Counted from the stretch's first letter, positions 18,132 to 28,213 are shown. The stretch is DNA of 64,000 nt from an uncultured Anaeroplasmatales bacterium (GCA_964634685.1 CAZWLD010000009.1:292-64291); one strand, 5' to 3'. Notes: a model not told the origin generated them from the sequence alone. Program-made: numbers and translations.

Positions 18132-18680
18132 TCATATAATTTCATCCTGTGAAATAATTGGAAAGCTATATCTTTTCCTGAAAGCATCCTTCATAAATAT
18201 AAAATGCGTACACCCTAAAATCAAGCAATCAACATCTTTAATATCTAAAGAAAAAAAAGCATCCTCAATTCCTTTATTTTGCTCAATCGCAAGGATTAAA
18301 TCACCACCATAAAAGGTTTTAACCATTTTACCTTTAAGCATTTTTTGATAATACCCGCTCTCAATACATAATTTAGACGCAATAACACCAACTACAAAGT
18401 AAGCGGAAACGGCCTTAATAGTTGGTGTTATTATATCTAAAACTGGTTTATTAAATTGATCCTTTAAGGTTGATAAAGTATTACACGCAATAATAGTTTT
18501 CGAAAATCGATATCGATCCAATAAAAAATTAACGCGGGTTACTAATTCCTCTTTCGTTTTTTCACCATATGGAAAATAATCATTATCATAGATAAGCGCA
18601 AAGCTTTCATGCGGATATTTTTTCATCAAGCTAAATAAAATCATTAACCCACCTAATCCTGAATCAATCAAACCAATCAC
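18132..18680 (-). CDS. murI: Glutamate racemase-like protein, C-terminally short
   Basis: IGLIDSGLGGL N-terminus. Both catalytic Cys motifs are present (IIACNTLS and LILGCTHF). The protein is only 182 aa and ends at ..PIISQDEII, where canonical MurI continues for about 65-80 more aa. Confidence 0.65.
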   Translation of the reverse strand: MIGLIDSGLGGLMILFSLMKKYPHESFALIYDNDYFPYGEKTKEELVTRVNFLLDRYRFSKTIIACNTLSTLKDQFNKPVLDIITPTIKAVSAYFVVGVIASKLCIESGYYQKMLKGKMVKTFYGGDLILAIEQNKGIEDAFFSLDIKDVDCLILGCTHFIFMKDAFRKRYSFPIISQDEII

Positions 18681-18688
18681 ATAATCAC

Positions 18689-19558
18689 CTAATTTTCAAA
18701 AATAATTTCTTTATTGGTATTAATCGCCTCTCTAAAGGCAAAGAAAACGTCCTTTGTGACAATCGCATCCTCTAAAGCGTCATGCACCTGAACATAATCA
18801 TTGCCAAGATAAGCCTTATAAGCCTTAAATAAGCCTAAATCGCTTTTTAGATTATAGTAATTCTTTTGAACCTGTAAAATATTCACAAAATTACATTTAG
18901 CCTCAAGGCTAGGAACACCATTTAAATTATATGAATCCTTGAGCGATAATATATCATTTTTACCCCAAACAATAATAGTCGGATTATATTTATCAAGAAC
19001 ACCATTAAATTTATCATAAAAATTTTGATAGGAAAGTCCATTATTTAAATCATCATCGTCAATTTTTAAAAAGGTTTTTGTTCTTTTGGTTAATTTTTTA
19101 AATAATGTTGGCTTAATATAAAATGAATCCTGATGGAGATAATTACCATCCTTATCCGTAATTATATACCCAGCCTGAATAATCTCTGATTTAAAGCTTT
19201 TCGAAACATTCCAATCATGCATTGACATCTCTAAATCTAAAAACATTATATTTTCCATTCCATTGACTAAATCAACAATTCCAGAACGGATAATATCAAT
19301 ATCATAATATATTTCCTGCTTACGATATCTTTTACGGATTATTTTAATAAAATGCTTAACCTTATACATTCTTCTATGCTCAATAATTGCGGATTCATCA
19401 TAACATTCAAATTGAACAAAACGCCCTTTATGAAGATATTTTTTAAATTTCTTGATTAAATTATTTTGAAGATAAAAGAAATAGAGCTGCCCATTAATAA
19501 GCATCGAAAAATATCTATTATCTATATCTGCATCATGTATTACGCCCGTAATAACCAT
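18689..19558 (-). CDS. DEDDh 3'-5' exonuclease (KapD/ERI-1-like) with N-terminal extension
   Basis: Exo I motif MFLDLEMS and Exo III motif HDALEDA in the C-terminal 190 aa. Confidence 0.65.
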   Translation of the reverse strand: MVITGVIHDADIDNRYFSMLINGQLYFFYLQNNLIKKFKKYLHKGRFVQFECYDESAIIEHRRMYKVKHFIKIIRKRYRKQEIYYDIDIIRSGIVDLVNGMENIMFLDLEMSMHDWNVSKSFKSEIIQAGYIITDKDGNYLHQDSFYIKPTLFKKLTKRTKTFLKIDDDDLNNGLSYQNFYDKFNGVLDKYNPTIIVWGKNDILSLKDSYNLNGVPSLEAKCNFVNILQVQKNYYNLKSDLGLFKAYKAYLGNDYVQVHDALEDAIVTKDVFFAFREAINTNKEIIFEN

Positions 19559-19566
19559 ATTATCAC

Positions 19567-20826
19567 CTAATCTTCTAATAATATTTTCATGATTTCATCA
19601 TCCGTTTCCTTCATTCCTGAGGAACCAATTTGACTAACCGCATCGATCGTTTCATCGATTGTTTCACGGATTATTCCCTCTCCCTCGCTATAGGCTAAAT
19701 CATTCATTGCCAAATGATGAGACATCAATGCACTGCTTAACGCAACCGCAATCTTCGCTCCACAGGAAGCCTTGGCCCCATCACAAATAATGCCCGGAAC
19801 CGTCGCAAGATGATTACTAATCGTGTTTTTTATTTGTTCCTTCGTTCCCCCTGCTAGATAGGTAATTCCAGCTCCCGCACTACAGCAGGATGAAACAACA
19901 CCACAAAAAGCGGAAAGGGCACCAATCTTATATTTTTGCTTAACGGTCAAAAGATTTGCGAAAATCAAAGCCCGATAAACAAAATCAATCGGAATATTTT
20001 TTTCTTTTCCATAAACAATAATCGGAACCGATGTTGATAAGCCTTGATTTCCACTTCCAGAATTAATAACTACTGGCTTCACACACCCACACATACGTGC
20101 TTCCGAAGCACTTGCCGTATAAGCGATAATTTTTCCATCAAGGCTATTGTTATATTGTAAAATAGATGGGCCAATTTTAACACCATATTTTCCTTCCATT
20201 CCACAACAAGCAATATCATAATTATTCTTATACTGCACAGAAACTAAATCCCTTACATCATCTAAATTAACATTATTCGCAAAATCATAAATATTATCAA
20301 AGCTAAGCATTTCCTCATAATTAGTATCATCAACAATTTTCTCTTGATTTTCTTTATAATAAAGGACCTTATCATTTTTTGTAACTAATGTAACATTTAA
20401 ATGTGATTCCTTTATTTCGACGGAAGCATTGTCATTCTGACCCTTTAATTTAACTAAAATATGAAGCTTTTCATTACTGTGAGAATGAAAAACCGTAATC
20501 AAATTTTGTTCCATAAAGTTCTTCGCCTTAGCTTTAGCCTCACCCGATAATTCATTAATACAGCCAAAGCCCTTTTCATAATTACCGCCAAAAATTCCCA
20601 ACAAAACGGAAGCCTTAATACCATTAAATTCCTCCGAATTCGGAACATGAACGCACCTAACATTTTTGATAATATTACTGCTGCAGGTTAATTCCACAAA
20701 CACCGGCTCTTCACCTAAAACATAGCGAGCTAGACTCCCGGCGTACGCTACAGCTAAGGGCTCCGTACAGCCCATCGCGATTACCATTTCACTTTTTAAC
20801 AAATCAATATATGCTTTTTCTTCCAT
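19567..20826 (-). CDS. UPF0597 / L-cysteine desulfidase family protein (YhaM/CyuA-like)
   Basis: N-terminal ..MGCTEPLAVAYA motif, about 420 aa in length, and Cys/Gly-rich serine-dehydratase-alpha-like segments (SGSGNQG, CDGAKASCG). Confidence 0.7.
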   Translation of the reverse strand: MEEKAYIDLLKSEMVIAMGCTEPLAVAYAGSLARYVLGEEPVFVELTCSSNIIKNVRCVHVPNSEEFNGIKASVLLGIFGGNYEKGFGCINELSGEAKAKAKNFMEQNLITVFHSHSNEKLHILVKLKGQNDNASVEIKESHLNVTLVTKNDKVLYYKENQEKIVDDTNYEEMLSFDNIYDFANNVNLDDVRDLVSVQYKNNYDIACCGMEGKYGVKIGPSILQYNNSLDGKIIAYTASASEARMCGCVKPVVINSGSGNQGLSTSVPIIVYGKEKNIPIDFVYRALIFANLLTVKQKYKIGALSAFCGVVSSCCSAGAGITYLAGGTKEQIKNTISNHLATVPGIICDGAKASCGAKIAVALSSALMSHHLAMNDLAYSEGEGIIRETIDETIDAVSQIGSSGMKETDDEIMKILLED

Positions 20827-20880
20827 TTTAATACCCTCAATCTTTTTTTATTTTAACATAAATAAAAAAAAATAACTAGA

Positions 20881-20909
20881 TAAAGAAAAGAAAAAGGCCA
20901 ATCGGCCTT
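20881..20909 (-). terminator. Rho-independent terminator after the gerE-like gene
   Basis: Minus strand reads AAGGCC GATT GGCCTT followed by TTTCTTTTCTTT. The hairpin overlaps the stop codon. Confidence 0.6.
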
Positions 20910-21120
20910 ATAAATCTAGTTCATTTTGTTTTATTAATTCGATGATAGCTTGCGTTCTTCCCTTGACGTTCATCTTTTGAATTACATTGGAAATATGATT
21001 TCTTACTGTCTTTTCACTAATGCCAAGAGTCGATGCAATGTCCTGGGTGCTTTGATTTTGAATAAGTAATCGAAAAATCTGACGCTCTCTTTTAGTTAAG
21101 AAACTTTGTCTTTTCATCAT
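20908..21120 (-). CDS. gerE: Stand-alone LuxR/GerE-family HTH regulator
   Basis: 70 aa. LTKRERQIFRLLIQNQSTQDIASTLGISEKTVRNHISNVIQKMNVKGRTQAIIELI closely matches my memory of B. subtilis GerE (LTKREREVFELL..ISEKTVRNHISNAMQKLGVKGRSQAVVELL). Confidence 0.6.
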   Translation of the reverse strand: MMKRQSFLTKRERQIFRLLIQNQSTQDIASTLGISEKTVRNHISNVIQKMNVKGRTQAIIELIKQNELDL

Positions 21121-21174
21121 AAATCTAACTCCTATTACATTAATATATTATGCAATAGAAAACAAAGAGTGTAT

Positions 21175-22935
21175 TTATTTAAAAGAAGAAAGATGTTCCT
21201 TGATTTTATTCATTAATTCTTCGTTAATTCCAAGCTCCTTAAATTCCTCTTTAGTCCCATTTAAAATATTGTCAATTGAATTAAAATGCTTTAATATTTT
21301 CATCTTCCGAACCTCACCAATTCCTTCGATACCATCTAAAACCGACACCAGCATTCCTTTACTTCGGGCATCTCGATGGAAAGAAATCGCAAAGCGATGA
21401 ACCTCCTCCTGCATATTAAATAACAACCGATAGGCCAAGCTATGCTTATCAAGAGGATAAACCTCATCTTGGTAAATAATCGCATCAGTCTTATGATTGT
21501 TATCCTTTCTTAGTCCAATAACCGGAATCGATAAATTAAGGCCTTCTAATATTTCAAGGCAAGCATTGACCTGAATTGTACCACCATCCATAACAATTAA
21601 ATCTGGTCTTTCTAAATCATCCATTAGGACGCGAAAATATCTTCGGTAAACAATTTCCTTCATCGTCTCATAATCATTTGCGCCCTTAACTGTTTTAACC
21701 TTATATTTTCGATAATCCTTTTTCGATGGACGGCCCTTAACATAACAAACCATCGCTGAAACGGGATTCGTTCCATTAATATTCGAGTTATCAAAAATCT
21801 CGATTCGATCAACAGATTCAAGTCCTAACATCTCTTTAATTTGCTTTAAAGCCTCGAGCTTATTCTCCTCTTTATTTCGATAGAGCTCACGACATTTTAA
21901 TAAATCCATTTTGGCATTTTCAAAGGCTAAATCCACAAGCTTACTTTTATCGCCCTTTTGCGGAATAATAAAGCTACAATCAATAATTGATGATAATAAT
22001 GATACATCTAAATCCCTTGTCAATATTTCCTTAGGAACATAATTATTCTCATAATATTGAGCAATATAATTGATGACTGTTTCTAGATAATCAAAAACAT
22101 TATTGATGATCTCTGTTTTATGCGCAGTGATAGCCCCACCTCGCATAAAGAAAATATGAATGCAAATATCATTTTCATCACCATAAAAGCCAATGATATC
22201 CCGATCAACATAGTCCCCTAATTCAATCTTTTGTTTTTCGACAGTTTTTTTAATATGACTTATTAGATTTCGGCATTCCAAGGCCCTTTCAAACTCGAGA
22301 TTTTCGCTGTAGGAAGCCATTTTTTCAGTCAAGTCATTAACTGTTTTTTTTATATTTCCTCGCAAAAAGCTTGTAATATCATTAATATATTCCTCATAAC
22401 AGGCCTTTTCGATTTTATTGATACAAGGAGCCAAGCATTGCTTCATATGAAAATATAAGCATTCCTTTTTCGGAAGATTACTGCATTTTCTAAGAGGATA
22501 GATATTATTCAAAAGCCTGACCGTTTCTCTTGCACTAAAAACACTCGGATAAGGTCCGAATTTTTTCCCAAGCTTTTTTGATGCTTCCCTTGATACGATT
22601 AAGCGCGGATTGTCTTCATTTGTTAAAATAATATAAGGGTAGGTTTTATCATCTGTTAATTTGATATTATATTTCGGGTCATGTTCCTTGATTAAGTGAA
22701 GCTCTAAAATAAAAGCCTCGAGTTCACTTTTCGTAATAACATATTCAAAATCAACAATTTCACTGACTAAGAGCGTTGTTTTGGCGTTATGGCTTCCCGT
22801 AAAATAGCTTTTAACGCGATTTTTTAAATTTTTAGCTTTACCAACATAAATGATGATGCCATTTTTATCCTTCATCAAATAACATCCCGGATCAGTTGGT
22901 AAAAGAGCTAGCTTATCCTTTATCACAGGCTTCAC
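21175..22935 (-). CDS. uvrC: Excinuclease ABC subunit C
   Basis: GIY-YIG N-terminus (PGCYLMKDKNGIIIYVGKAKNLKNRVKSYF), UVR domain, RNase H-like domain and C-terminal HhH. The true start may be GTG 22926, which sits 8 nt after AGGAGG. Confidence 0.9.
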   Translation of the reverse strand: MKPVIKDKLALLPTDPGCYLMKDKNGIIIYVGKAKNLKNRVKSYFTGSHNAKTTLLVSEIVDFEYVITKSELEAFILELHLIKEHDPKYNIKLTDDKTYPYIILTNEDNPRLIVSREASKKLGKKFGPYPSVFSARETVRLLNNIYPLRKCSNLPKKECLYFHMKQCLAPCINKIEKACYEEYINDITSFLRGNIKKTVNDLTEKMASYSENLEFERALECRNLISHIKKTVEKQKIELGDYVDRDIIGFYGDENDICIHIFFMRGGAITAHKTEIINNVFDYLETVINYIAQYYENNYVPKEILTRDLDVSLLSSIIDCSFIIPQKGDKSKLVDLAFENAKMDLLKCRELYRNKEENKLEALKQIKEMLGLESVDRIEIFDNSNINGTNPVSAMVCYVKGRPSKKDYRKYKVKTVKGANDYETMKEIVYRRYFRVLMDDLERPDLIVMDGGTIQVNACLEILEGLNLSIPVIGLRKDNNHKTDAIIYQDEVYPLDKHSLAYRLLFNMQEEVHRFAISFHRDARSKGMLVSVLDGIEGIGEVRKMKILKHFNSIDNILNGTKEEFKELGINEELMNKIKEHLSSFK

Positions 22936-22947
22936 CTCCTAATTAAA

Positions 22948-22973
22948 ATGAGTAGAAAGGATCTTCTACTCAT
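22948..22973 (-). terminator. Perfect 10-bp hairpin spanning the rpoZ stop codon (possible partial terminator or processing site)
   Basis: Minus strand reads ATGAGTAGAA GATCCT TTCTACTCAT, then TTTAATT, then the uvrC RBS AGGAGG. The U tract is weak. Confidence 0.35.
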
Positions 22974-23190
22974 TTTTTTCGAATTCAATTTTTACCTTAT
23001 CATCTAAAATTTCTTCTAATGCTTGACCAACTGGTTTTTTGCATAAAACCTTTGTCGCAACATATCCTTTTTCTTCAATAATTTTGGCACGCTTTGCGGA
23101 AGCGTAAGCTAGCTTATACTTCGAATCGATTTTTTCTAATAAATCATCAATTGAAGGATAACGCATTCCATCATATTCCTTTTTCATCAT
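22966..23190 (-). CDS. rpoZ: DNA-directed RNA polymerase subunit omega
   Basis: 74 aa with the ..SKYKLAYASAKRAKII.. core. It lies in the conserved gmk-rpoZ position and overlaps gmk by 4 nt. Confidence 0.8.
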   Translation of the reverse strand: MMKKEYDGMRYPSIDDLLEKIDSKYKLAYASAKRAKIIEEKGYVATKVLCKKPVGQALEEILDDKVKIEFEKNE

Positions 23191-23810
23191 TTATCTCCTT
23201 CCAATAATTGTTTATATTTATAAATTGAACGTTCTGTTTTCGCATGCTCAGCTCGAATAATCGCCATTATTCGGTCGGCAGCATTATCAACATCATCATT
23301 TACGACGATATAATCATATTTATGGGCAAGCTGAAATTCACGATTAGCCTTCGCCATTCGTTCTTGGATAACCTCTTCCGGCTCTGTACCTCTCCTACGT
23401 AAACGATCATATAAGGCTTGCTTTCCCGGTGGTACGATAAAAATAGATACGGCATCCTTGACCTTACTTAAAACCTGAAGGGCACCATTAACCTCAATTT
23501 CTAAGACAACCTCTTTGCCCATTTCAATTTGCTCTTCAACCTTATCCTTCGGTGTTCCGTAGTAATTTCCGACAAACTCTGCCCATTCAAGAAATTGATT
23601 ATTATCGATTCGCTTTTGAAATTCCTCACGGGATACAAAATAATAATCGACACCATCAACCTCACCTTGACGCGGCTTTCTAGTCGTCATTGATATTGAA
23701 TAAACGAGACGATGTCCTCGTTTTTCAAAAAGCGCTTTTCGTACTGTACCCTTACCTACTCCTGAAGGTCCAGAGATAACTATTAACATTCCTTTATCAT
23801 TTAGCTTCAT
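23187..23810 (-). CDS. gmk: Guanylate kinase
   Basis: P-loop GPSGVGKGT, the TTR.PR.GE..G.DY.F motif, and 207 aa in length. Confidence 0.9.
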   Translation of the reverse strand: MKLNDKGMLIVISGPSGVGKGTVRKALFEKRGHRLVYSISMTTRKPRQGEVDGVDYYFVSREEFQKRIDNNQFLEWAEFVGNYYGTPKDKVEEQIEMGKEVVLEIEVNGALQVLSKVKDAVSIFIVPPGKQALYDRLRRRGTEPEEVIQERMAKANREFQLAHKYDYIVVNDDVDNAADRIMAIIRAEHAKTERSIYKYKQLLEGDK

Positions 23811-23878
23811 AAAAAAATGCCCTCACTTTTATATCATATATATAATAATATCACTTTTCAAATAAAAAAGTAAGGGGG

Positions 23879-23907
23879 TTTTTTAAGAATTTTTCTTATG
23901 ATATAAT
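23879..23907 (+). promoter_or_regulatory. Extended -10 promoter for rqcH
   Basis: TGATATAAT (TGn + TATAAT at 23902..23907). The -35 element is weak (TTTTTA, 23879..23884). The AAGGAAG RBS follows. Confidence 0.4.
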
Positions 23908-23931
23908 AATAGATAATAAGGAAGTGGTTAC

Positions 23932-25548
23932 ATGCCTTTCGATGGTATTTTTTTAAGTAAAATTGTCAATGATTTATCAATTCTAAAAACTGGAAAAATC
24001 AATAAAATTAACCAAATATCGGAATATGAAATCCATTTGTCAATAAGGGCCAATTATCAAAATCATTGCCTATTAATATCCTTACATCCAGAATATTCAC
24101 GTGTTCACTTAACGAAAAATGAATACGATTTTCCTAAAACGCCAACCGGCTTTACAATGTTTCTAAGAAAGCACATTGAAGGATCAATTATTTTAGATAT
24201 TACGCAAGAAAAACATGACCGAGTCATAACCTTTGATCTCCTAGGAACTAATGAAATTGGTGATAAAACTCACAAAAGAATGATTGTGGAAATTATGGGA
24301 AGGGTATCTAACCTAATAATCACTGAGGATAATAAAATATTAGAGAGCCTTAAGCATTTAAATCCCTTTGATGGTAATTATCGAACGATTATCCCAGGGG
24401 CTATCTATACATACCCTCTTCAAACGAAAAAGGCCTATTATGAATATACCAAGGATGAGATCAAAAAAATCATTGAGGAAAAATCATATTTTAAAAATAT
24501 TTCTGGTATCTCCAAACAATTCAGCTATTATTTAGAAAACATTTCGACAATAGATGAATTCTATGAGGCTCTTCATTCCTATCATCCTACCCTTATTATT
24601 GGCAAAAAATGTGATTTCTATTTCTTAGATTTACAATATCAGGAAGGAGAAAGAAAGCATTACGATTCTTTATCCTTGATGCTTGATGATTTTTATTATG
24701 AAAAGGACCGCAAAACCCGAATCAAGGAAAAATCAAATGATTTAGAAACAATGATTCACCGCCAAATTGACAAAAATAAAGCTAAGCTTGAGAAGCTTTA
24801 CCTTGACTTAGATAATGCCAAGCAAAGTGAACAATATAAAATTAAAGGCGAGCTTTTAATGGCCAACCTCTATAATCTCCAAAAAGGAACGAAGGCCATC
24901 GTTTTAAACTATTACACCAATGAAATGGAGGAAATTCCTTTAGATCCTCTTCTTTCACCCTTAGAAAATGCCAATCGCTATTATAATAAATATCAAAAGG
25001 CTCGAAAATCATTAACGCATATCAATGAACAAATTGATATCACTAATGAGGAAATAAACTATTTTTCTCTCTTAGAAACGCAAATTCAAACCGCCAATTT
25101 AGCCGATTGCCTTGAAATTAAAGCCGAGCTAGAGGATTACGGCTATCTCAAAAAAACCAAGCAGATGAAAAAAACCAAGGTTCCATTATTTGACACCTAT
25201 AAATTGCCAACCTCAACAATCTATGTCGGCAAAAATAATGTTCAAAATGCCTATTTAACCCACAAATTTGCCTCGGGAAATGATTTATGGTTTCATGTCA
25301 AGGATGCCCCGGGAAGCCATGTCATTCTCCAAGGAGAAATAACCGAGGAGGCAATCAGGTTAGCTGCCAATCTCGCTGCCTATCATTCAAAGCTTCAATT
25401 ATCAAGCAGTGTAGCGGTTGATTATACAAGCATCAAATACATAAAAAAAATACCAGGGCGACACAATTGCTTTGTAACCTACACAAACCAACATACCATC
25501 TACATTGACCCTGATATCGAAATTATTAAGCAATATAAAAAGAAATGA
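23932..25548 (+). CDS. rqcH: Ribosome quality control protein RqcH (NFACT family, FbpA-like)
   Basis: NFACT-N N-terminus (MPFDGIFL..), a long coiled-coil middle, and the NFACT-R/DUF814 motif DLWFHVKDAPGSHVIL. Confidence 0.8.
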   Translation: MPFDGIFLSKIVNDLSILKTGKINKINQISEYEIHLSIRANYQNHCLLISLHPEYSRVHLTKNEYDFPKTPTGFTMFLRKHIEGSIILDITQEKHDRVITFDLLGTNEIGDKTHKRMIVEIMGRVSNLIITEDNKILESLKHLNPFDGNYRTIIPGAIYTYPLQTKKAYYEYTKDEIKKIIEEKSYFKNISGISKQFSYYLENISTIDEFYEALHSYHPTLIIGKKCDFYFLDLQYQEGERKHYDSLSLMLDDFYYEKDRKTRIKEKSNDLETMIHRQIDKNKAKLEKLYLDLDNAKQSEQYKIKGELLMANLYNLQKGTKAIVLNYYTNEMEEIPLDPLLSPLENANRYYNKYQKARKSLTHINEQIDITNEEINYFSLLETQIQTANLADCLEIKAELEDYGYLKKTKQMKKTKVPLFDTYKLPTSTIYVGKNNVQNAYLTHKFASGNDLWFHVKDAPGSHVILQGEITEEAIRLAANLAAYHSKLQLSSSVAVDYTSIKYIKKIPGRHNCFVTYTNQHTIYIDPDIEIIKQYKKK

Positions 25549-25570
25549 GGGAATTCAGGAAGTAAAAAAA

Positions 25571-25897
25571 TTACTTCCTGAATTTTTTTATTTCGAAATA
25601 GGTTTTAGAAAAAATATCTAAGTAATCGTTGATTGGGTCAGGCTCATTGAGGCTTAGATTTTCCTCGGCTTGAAAAGAAGCCTTATAAAGCTTTACAGCC
25701 CCTAAATTCATCGATATACCCTTCAAGCTATGAATCATCCTTTGCGCTTCCTTGGTTTTCCCCTTTTTTACCCTTTTTGTCAAAGCCTTCTCATAGTTTT
25801 TGTATTCCGAAATAAATTTTTTTTGTAAATCTTTAAAGATATGCCAATATCCCCCTACGTATTCCATTGCAATTTCAAAATCAAAATAATTATCCAT
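25571..25897 (-). CDS. Stand-alone Hpt (histidine phosphotransfer) domain protein
   Basis: The HSLKGISMNLGA motif carries the phospho-accepting His. Start moved to ATG 25897 (MDNYFDFEI), which has AAGGGTG upstream. Confidence 0.55.
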   Translation of the reverse strand: MDNYFDFEIAMEYVGGYWHIFKDLQKKFISEYKNYEKALTKRVKKGKTKEAQRMIHSLKGISMNLGAVKLYKASFQAEENLSLNEPDPINDYLDIFSKTYFEIKKFRK

Positions 25898-25937
25898 CAA
25901 AAAATCACACCCTTTATATATAAAATACAACGCCAAG

Positions 25938-25969
25938 CAAAAAAAAGCAATATATAAATATGATTGCTT
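25938..25969 (-). terminator. Rho-independent terminator downstream of sdaA
   Basis: Minus strand reads AAGCAAT CATATTTATAT ATTGCTT followed by TTTTTTGC. Confidence 0.55.
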
Positions 25970-26101
25970 TCTTTTTATACTTATTAATTATATTGTCAAA
26001 AATTAGCATATTTTTCCATCTACGATAACAAAAAATATTGTTTTGAAAGCGTTTTTAACAGTTTTTTTATAATATATCCGTAAACTGTAAACGTTTCCTT
26101 T

Positions 26102-27289
26102 TTAACAGTGGTATTTTTTTGCCAATCCACCCTCGCTTGTTTCGCGATAGTTCTTGTTCAAATCCTTACCCGTTTCCTTCATTGTTTCAACCACAACATC
26201 GAAGGAAACCTTTTGCGTTTCAGCTAAATTCTTCGCTAGCTTTGCCGAATGAATGGCACGCATACTAGCAATAGCATTTCTTTCAATACAAGGGATTTGG
26301 ACATAGCCATCAACCGGATCGCAGGTAAGACCTAATTGGTGCTCCATGGCAATTTCAGCCGCATGCTCAATCTGTTCAACTGAAAAATCCATAACCTCAC
26401 CAATCATCGCCGCTGCCATCGAGGTTGCACTTCCAACCTCCGCCTGACACCCACACTCAGCGCCGCTAATAGATGCATTTTGTTTAATAATATTTCCAAT
26501 CACGGAAGCACAAGCCAAGCCATCAATTAGCTTTTCCTTTTGATAGCCTTTATCAAGCAAATATTTTAAACACGCCGGAACAATTCCACTCGCTCCACAG
26601 GTTGGCGCGGTCACAATCACACCACCACTAGCATTTTCTTCACTAACGGCATAGGCATAAGCCGACACTAGCATCTCAGGATCATGCGAATCGAATAAGG
26701 TTTTAGCTTTTCTTTTAACCATTAATTTTCCTGGGAGAGTACCATCCTTATTTAAGCCTCGGTCAATCGAATCAAGCATAACTTGATAGACCTCTTCTAA
26801 ATATTCTTTAGCTTTGGGTTCATTATGATAAACATATTCTGATAAACGTAAATCATTCTCTAAACAAAATTCCTTAACTTCCTTAAAATTTTTCTCATGA
26901 TAAACATCATCATTTTCCTTTAATTCATCACCCTTGATTTGGATAGTACCACCACCAACACTGTAAATAGTCGTTGTATTAATTAAGGTATCGTCTATAT
27001 AGCCCTTAAAATCCATCATATTAGGATGATATTCCGGTACGGTATCATAATCAAAAATAACCTTGATATTTTTCCCTAAAAAGGTATCATAGATTATCTT
27101 ATCCGTTAAATGTCCTCTTCCAGTTAAGGCTAACGAGCCATAAAGAATGACCTCATAGCGGGTACAATTTGGAAATTTTTCAAGGTAATACACGGCCGCT
27201 CTTTTCGGCCCCATCGTATGAGAGCTCGAAGGGCCATTGCCAATTTTATATAATTCCTTAAGCGATTGCATATCATTCACCACCATCAT
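26102..27289 (-). CDS. sdaA: L-serine ammonia-lyase (iron-sulfur dependent, single chain)
   Basis: YKIGNGPSSSHTMGP N-terminus, with TAPTCGASGIVPA and GAECGCQAEVG cluster motifs. Confidence 0.8.
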   Translation of the reverse strand: MMVVNDMQSLKELYKIGNGPSSSHTMGPKRAAVYYLEKFPNCTRYEVILYGSLALTGRGHLTDKIIYDTFLGKNIKVIFDYDTVPEYHPNMMDFKGYIDDTLINTTTIYSVGGGTIQIKGDELKENDDVYHEKNFKEVKEFCLENDLRLSEYVYHNEPKAKEYLEEVYQVMLDSIDRGLNKDGTLPGKLMVKRKAKTLFDSHDPEMLVSAYAYAVSEENASGGVIVTAPTCGASGIVPACLKYLLDKGYQKEKLIDGLACASVIGNIIKQNASISGAECGCQAEVGSATSMAAAMIGEVMDFSVEQIEHAAEIAMEHQLGLTCDPVDGYVQIPCIERNAIASMRAIHSAKLAKNLAETQKVSFDVVVETMKETGKDLNKNYRETSEGGLAKKYHC

Positions 27290-27348
27290 ATATTATAAGA
27301 AAAAAGTGATTATTTTACAATCACTTAATGATTCTTTTACAATCACTT

Positions 27349-28158
27349 TTAATTAATTTTCACACTACCAAAGCCACTTGTTTTGATGACATCCTGATCG
27401 ACCTTACTAATTTCAATTTTTCCGGATAAATTGGAAACATCAACGCGTTTTGAATAAATCTCCTTAATCTTAACCGAACCACTAACTGTTTCAATCGCTA
27501 ACTTATTCGCATCAATCGTATCAATATTCATTTTCCCATTAACAGCCTTAATTTTACAATCAAGAGTTCGCAATCGTTCAAATTTCAATTCACCATTAAC
27601 CGTTTTATAGGAAAACAAATCACAGTCAAAGCTTTCAAAATAAAGATTCGTATTAACATCATCAATTTTAACCTTCATTTGCTTTAATGAATCGGGAAGA
27701 AAAATTTTGAAATCTCCTCTCCGCTTATCGCGAAAAGCGAATGTTAGCTTTTTTTTGTTTTTTATTGAAAGCTTATTGTCAAGAAATTGCACATCAAAAT
27801 ATTCATCATTATCAGGGCTTGCAATAACGACAAGCTTCGGCGAATTATGATATTTGATTTCGACAAAGCCATTAATTAATCCTAAATCGATATCATAGGG
27901 CTTTTCAACCTCATAGATATATTTGGTTAGCTTTGAATAATCGACATCATCATAATCCTTTCGAAATTCGCGGGCTATCGATTTTGGTGTTCCAATTTTT
28001 CTTACAATATCATTAAATTCAATACCAGCATCTAAGCCAATATCAATCGTTTTTTCATAATCCTCAATAATGCTTTCGGCCTTTTCCTTAGAAATGCCAG
28101 CTTTCTCTAGTTCAAGTCTTAATTCATCAATAAATTCTTTTTTCATTATTTCCATCAC
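27349..28158 (-). CDS. DUF1700-like N-terminal / DUF4097-like beta-repeat protein
   Basis: N-terminal FIDELRLELEKAGISKEKAESIIEDYEK.. helix bundle. C-terminal repeated V.G...I beta strands (VNGKMNIDTI, VSGSVKIKEI, LSGKIEISKV). Confidence 0.5.
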   Translation of the reverse strand: MMEIMKKEFIDELRLELEKAGISKEKAESIIEDYEKTIDIGLDAGIEFNDIVRKIGTPKSIAREFRKDYDDVDYSKLTKYIYEVEKPYDIDLGLINGFVEIKYHNSPKLVVIASPDNDEYFDVQFLDNKLSIKNKKKLTFAFRDKRRGDFKIFLPDSLKQMKVKIDDVNTNLYFESFDCDLFSYKTVNGELKFERLRTLDCKIKAVNGKMNIDTIDANKLAIETVSGSVKIKEIYSKRVDVSNLSGKIEISKVDQDVIKTSGFGSVKIN

Positions 28159-28213
28159 CTTTACAAGGAAATTTTACCATAATAAAAAATCTAAGTTGTG
28201 AAAAAATAATGGA

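Noticed and set aside
23819-23878. Imperfect long-range inverted repeat (GCCCTCACTTTT ... AAAAGTAAGGGGG) in the gmk/rqcH divergent region
   Set aside because: The 35-nt loop contains the candidate gmk promoter (TTGAAA-17-TATGAT at 23833..23861). There is no upstream gene to terminate on the plus strand. The pairing has a mismatch and may only reflect the TCACTTTT direct repeat.
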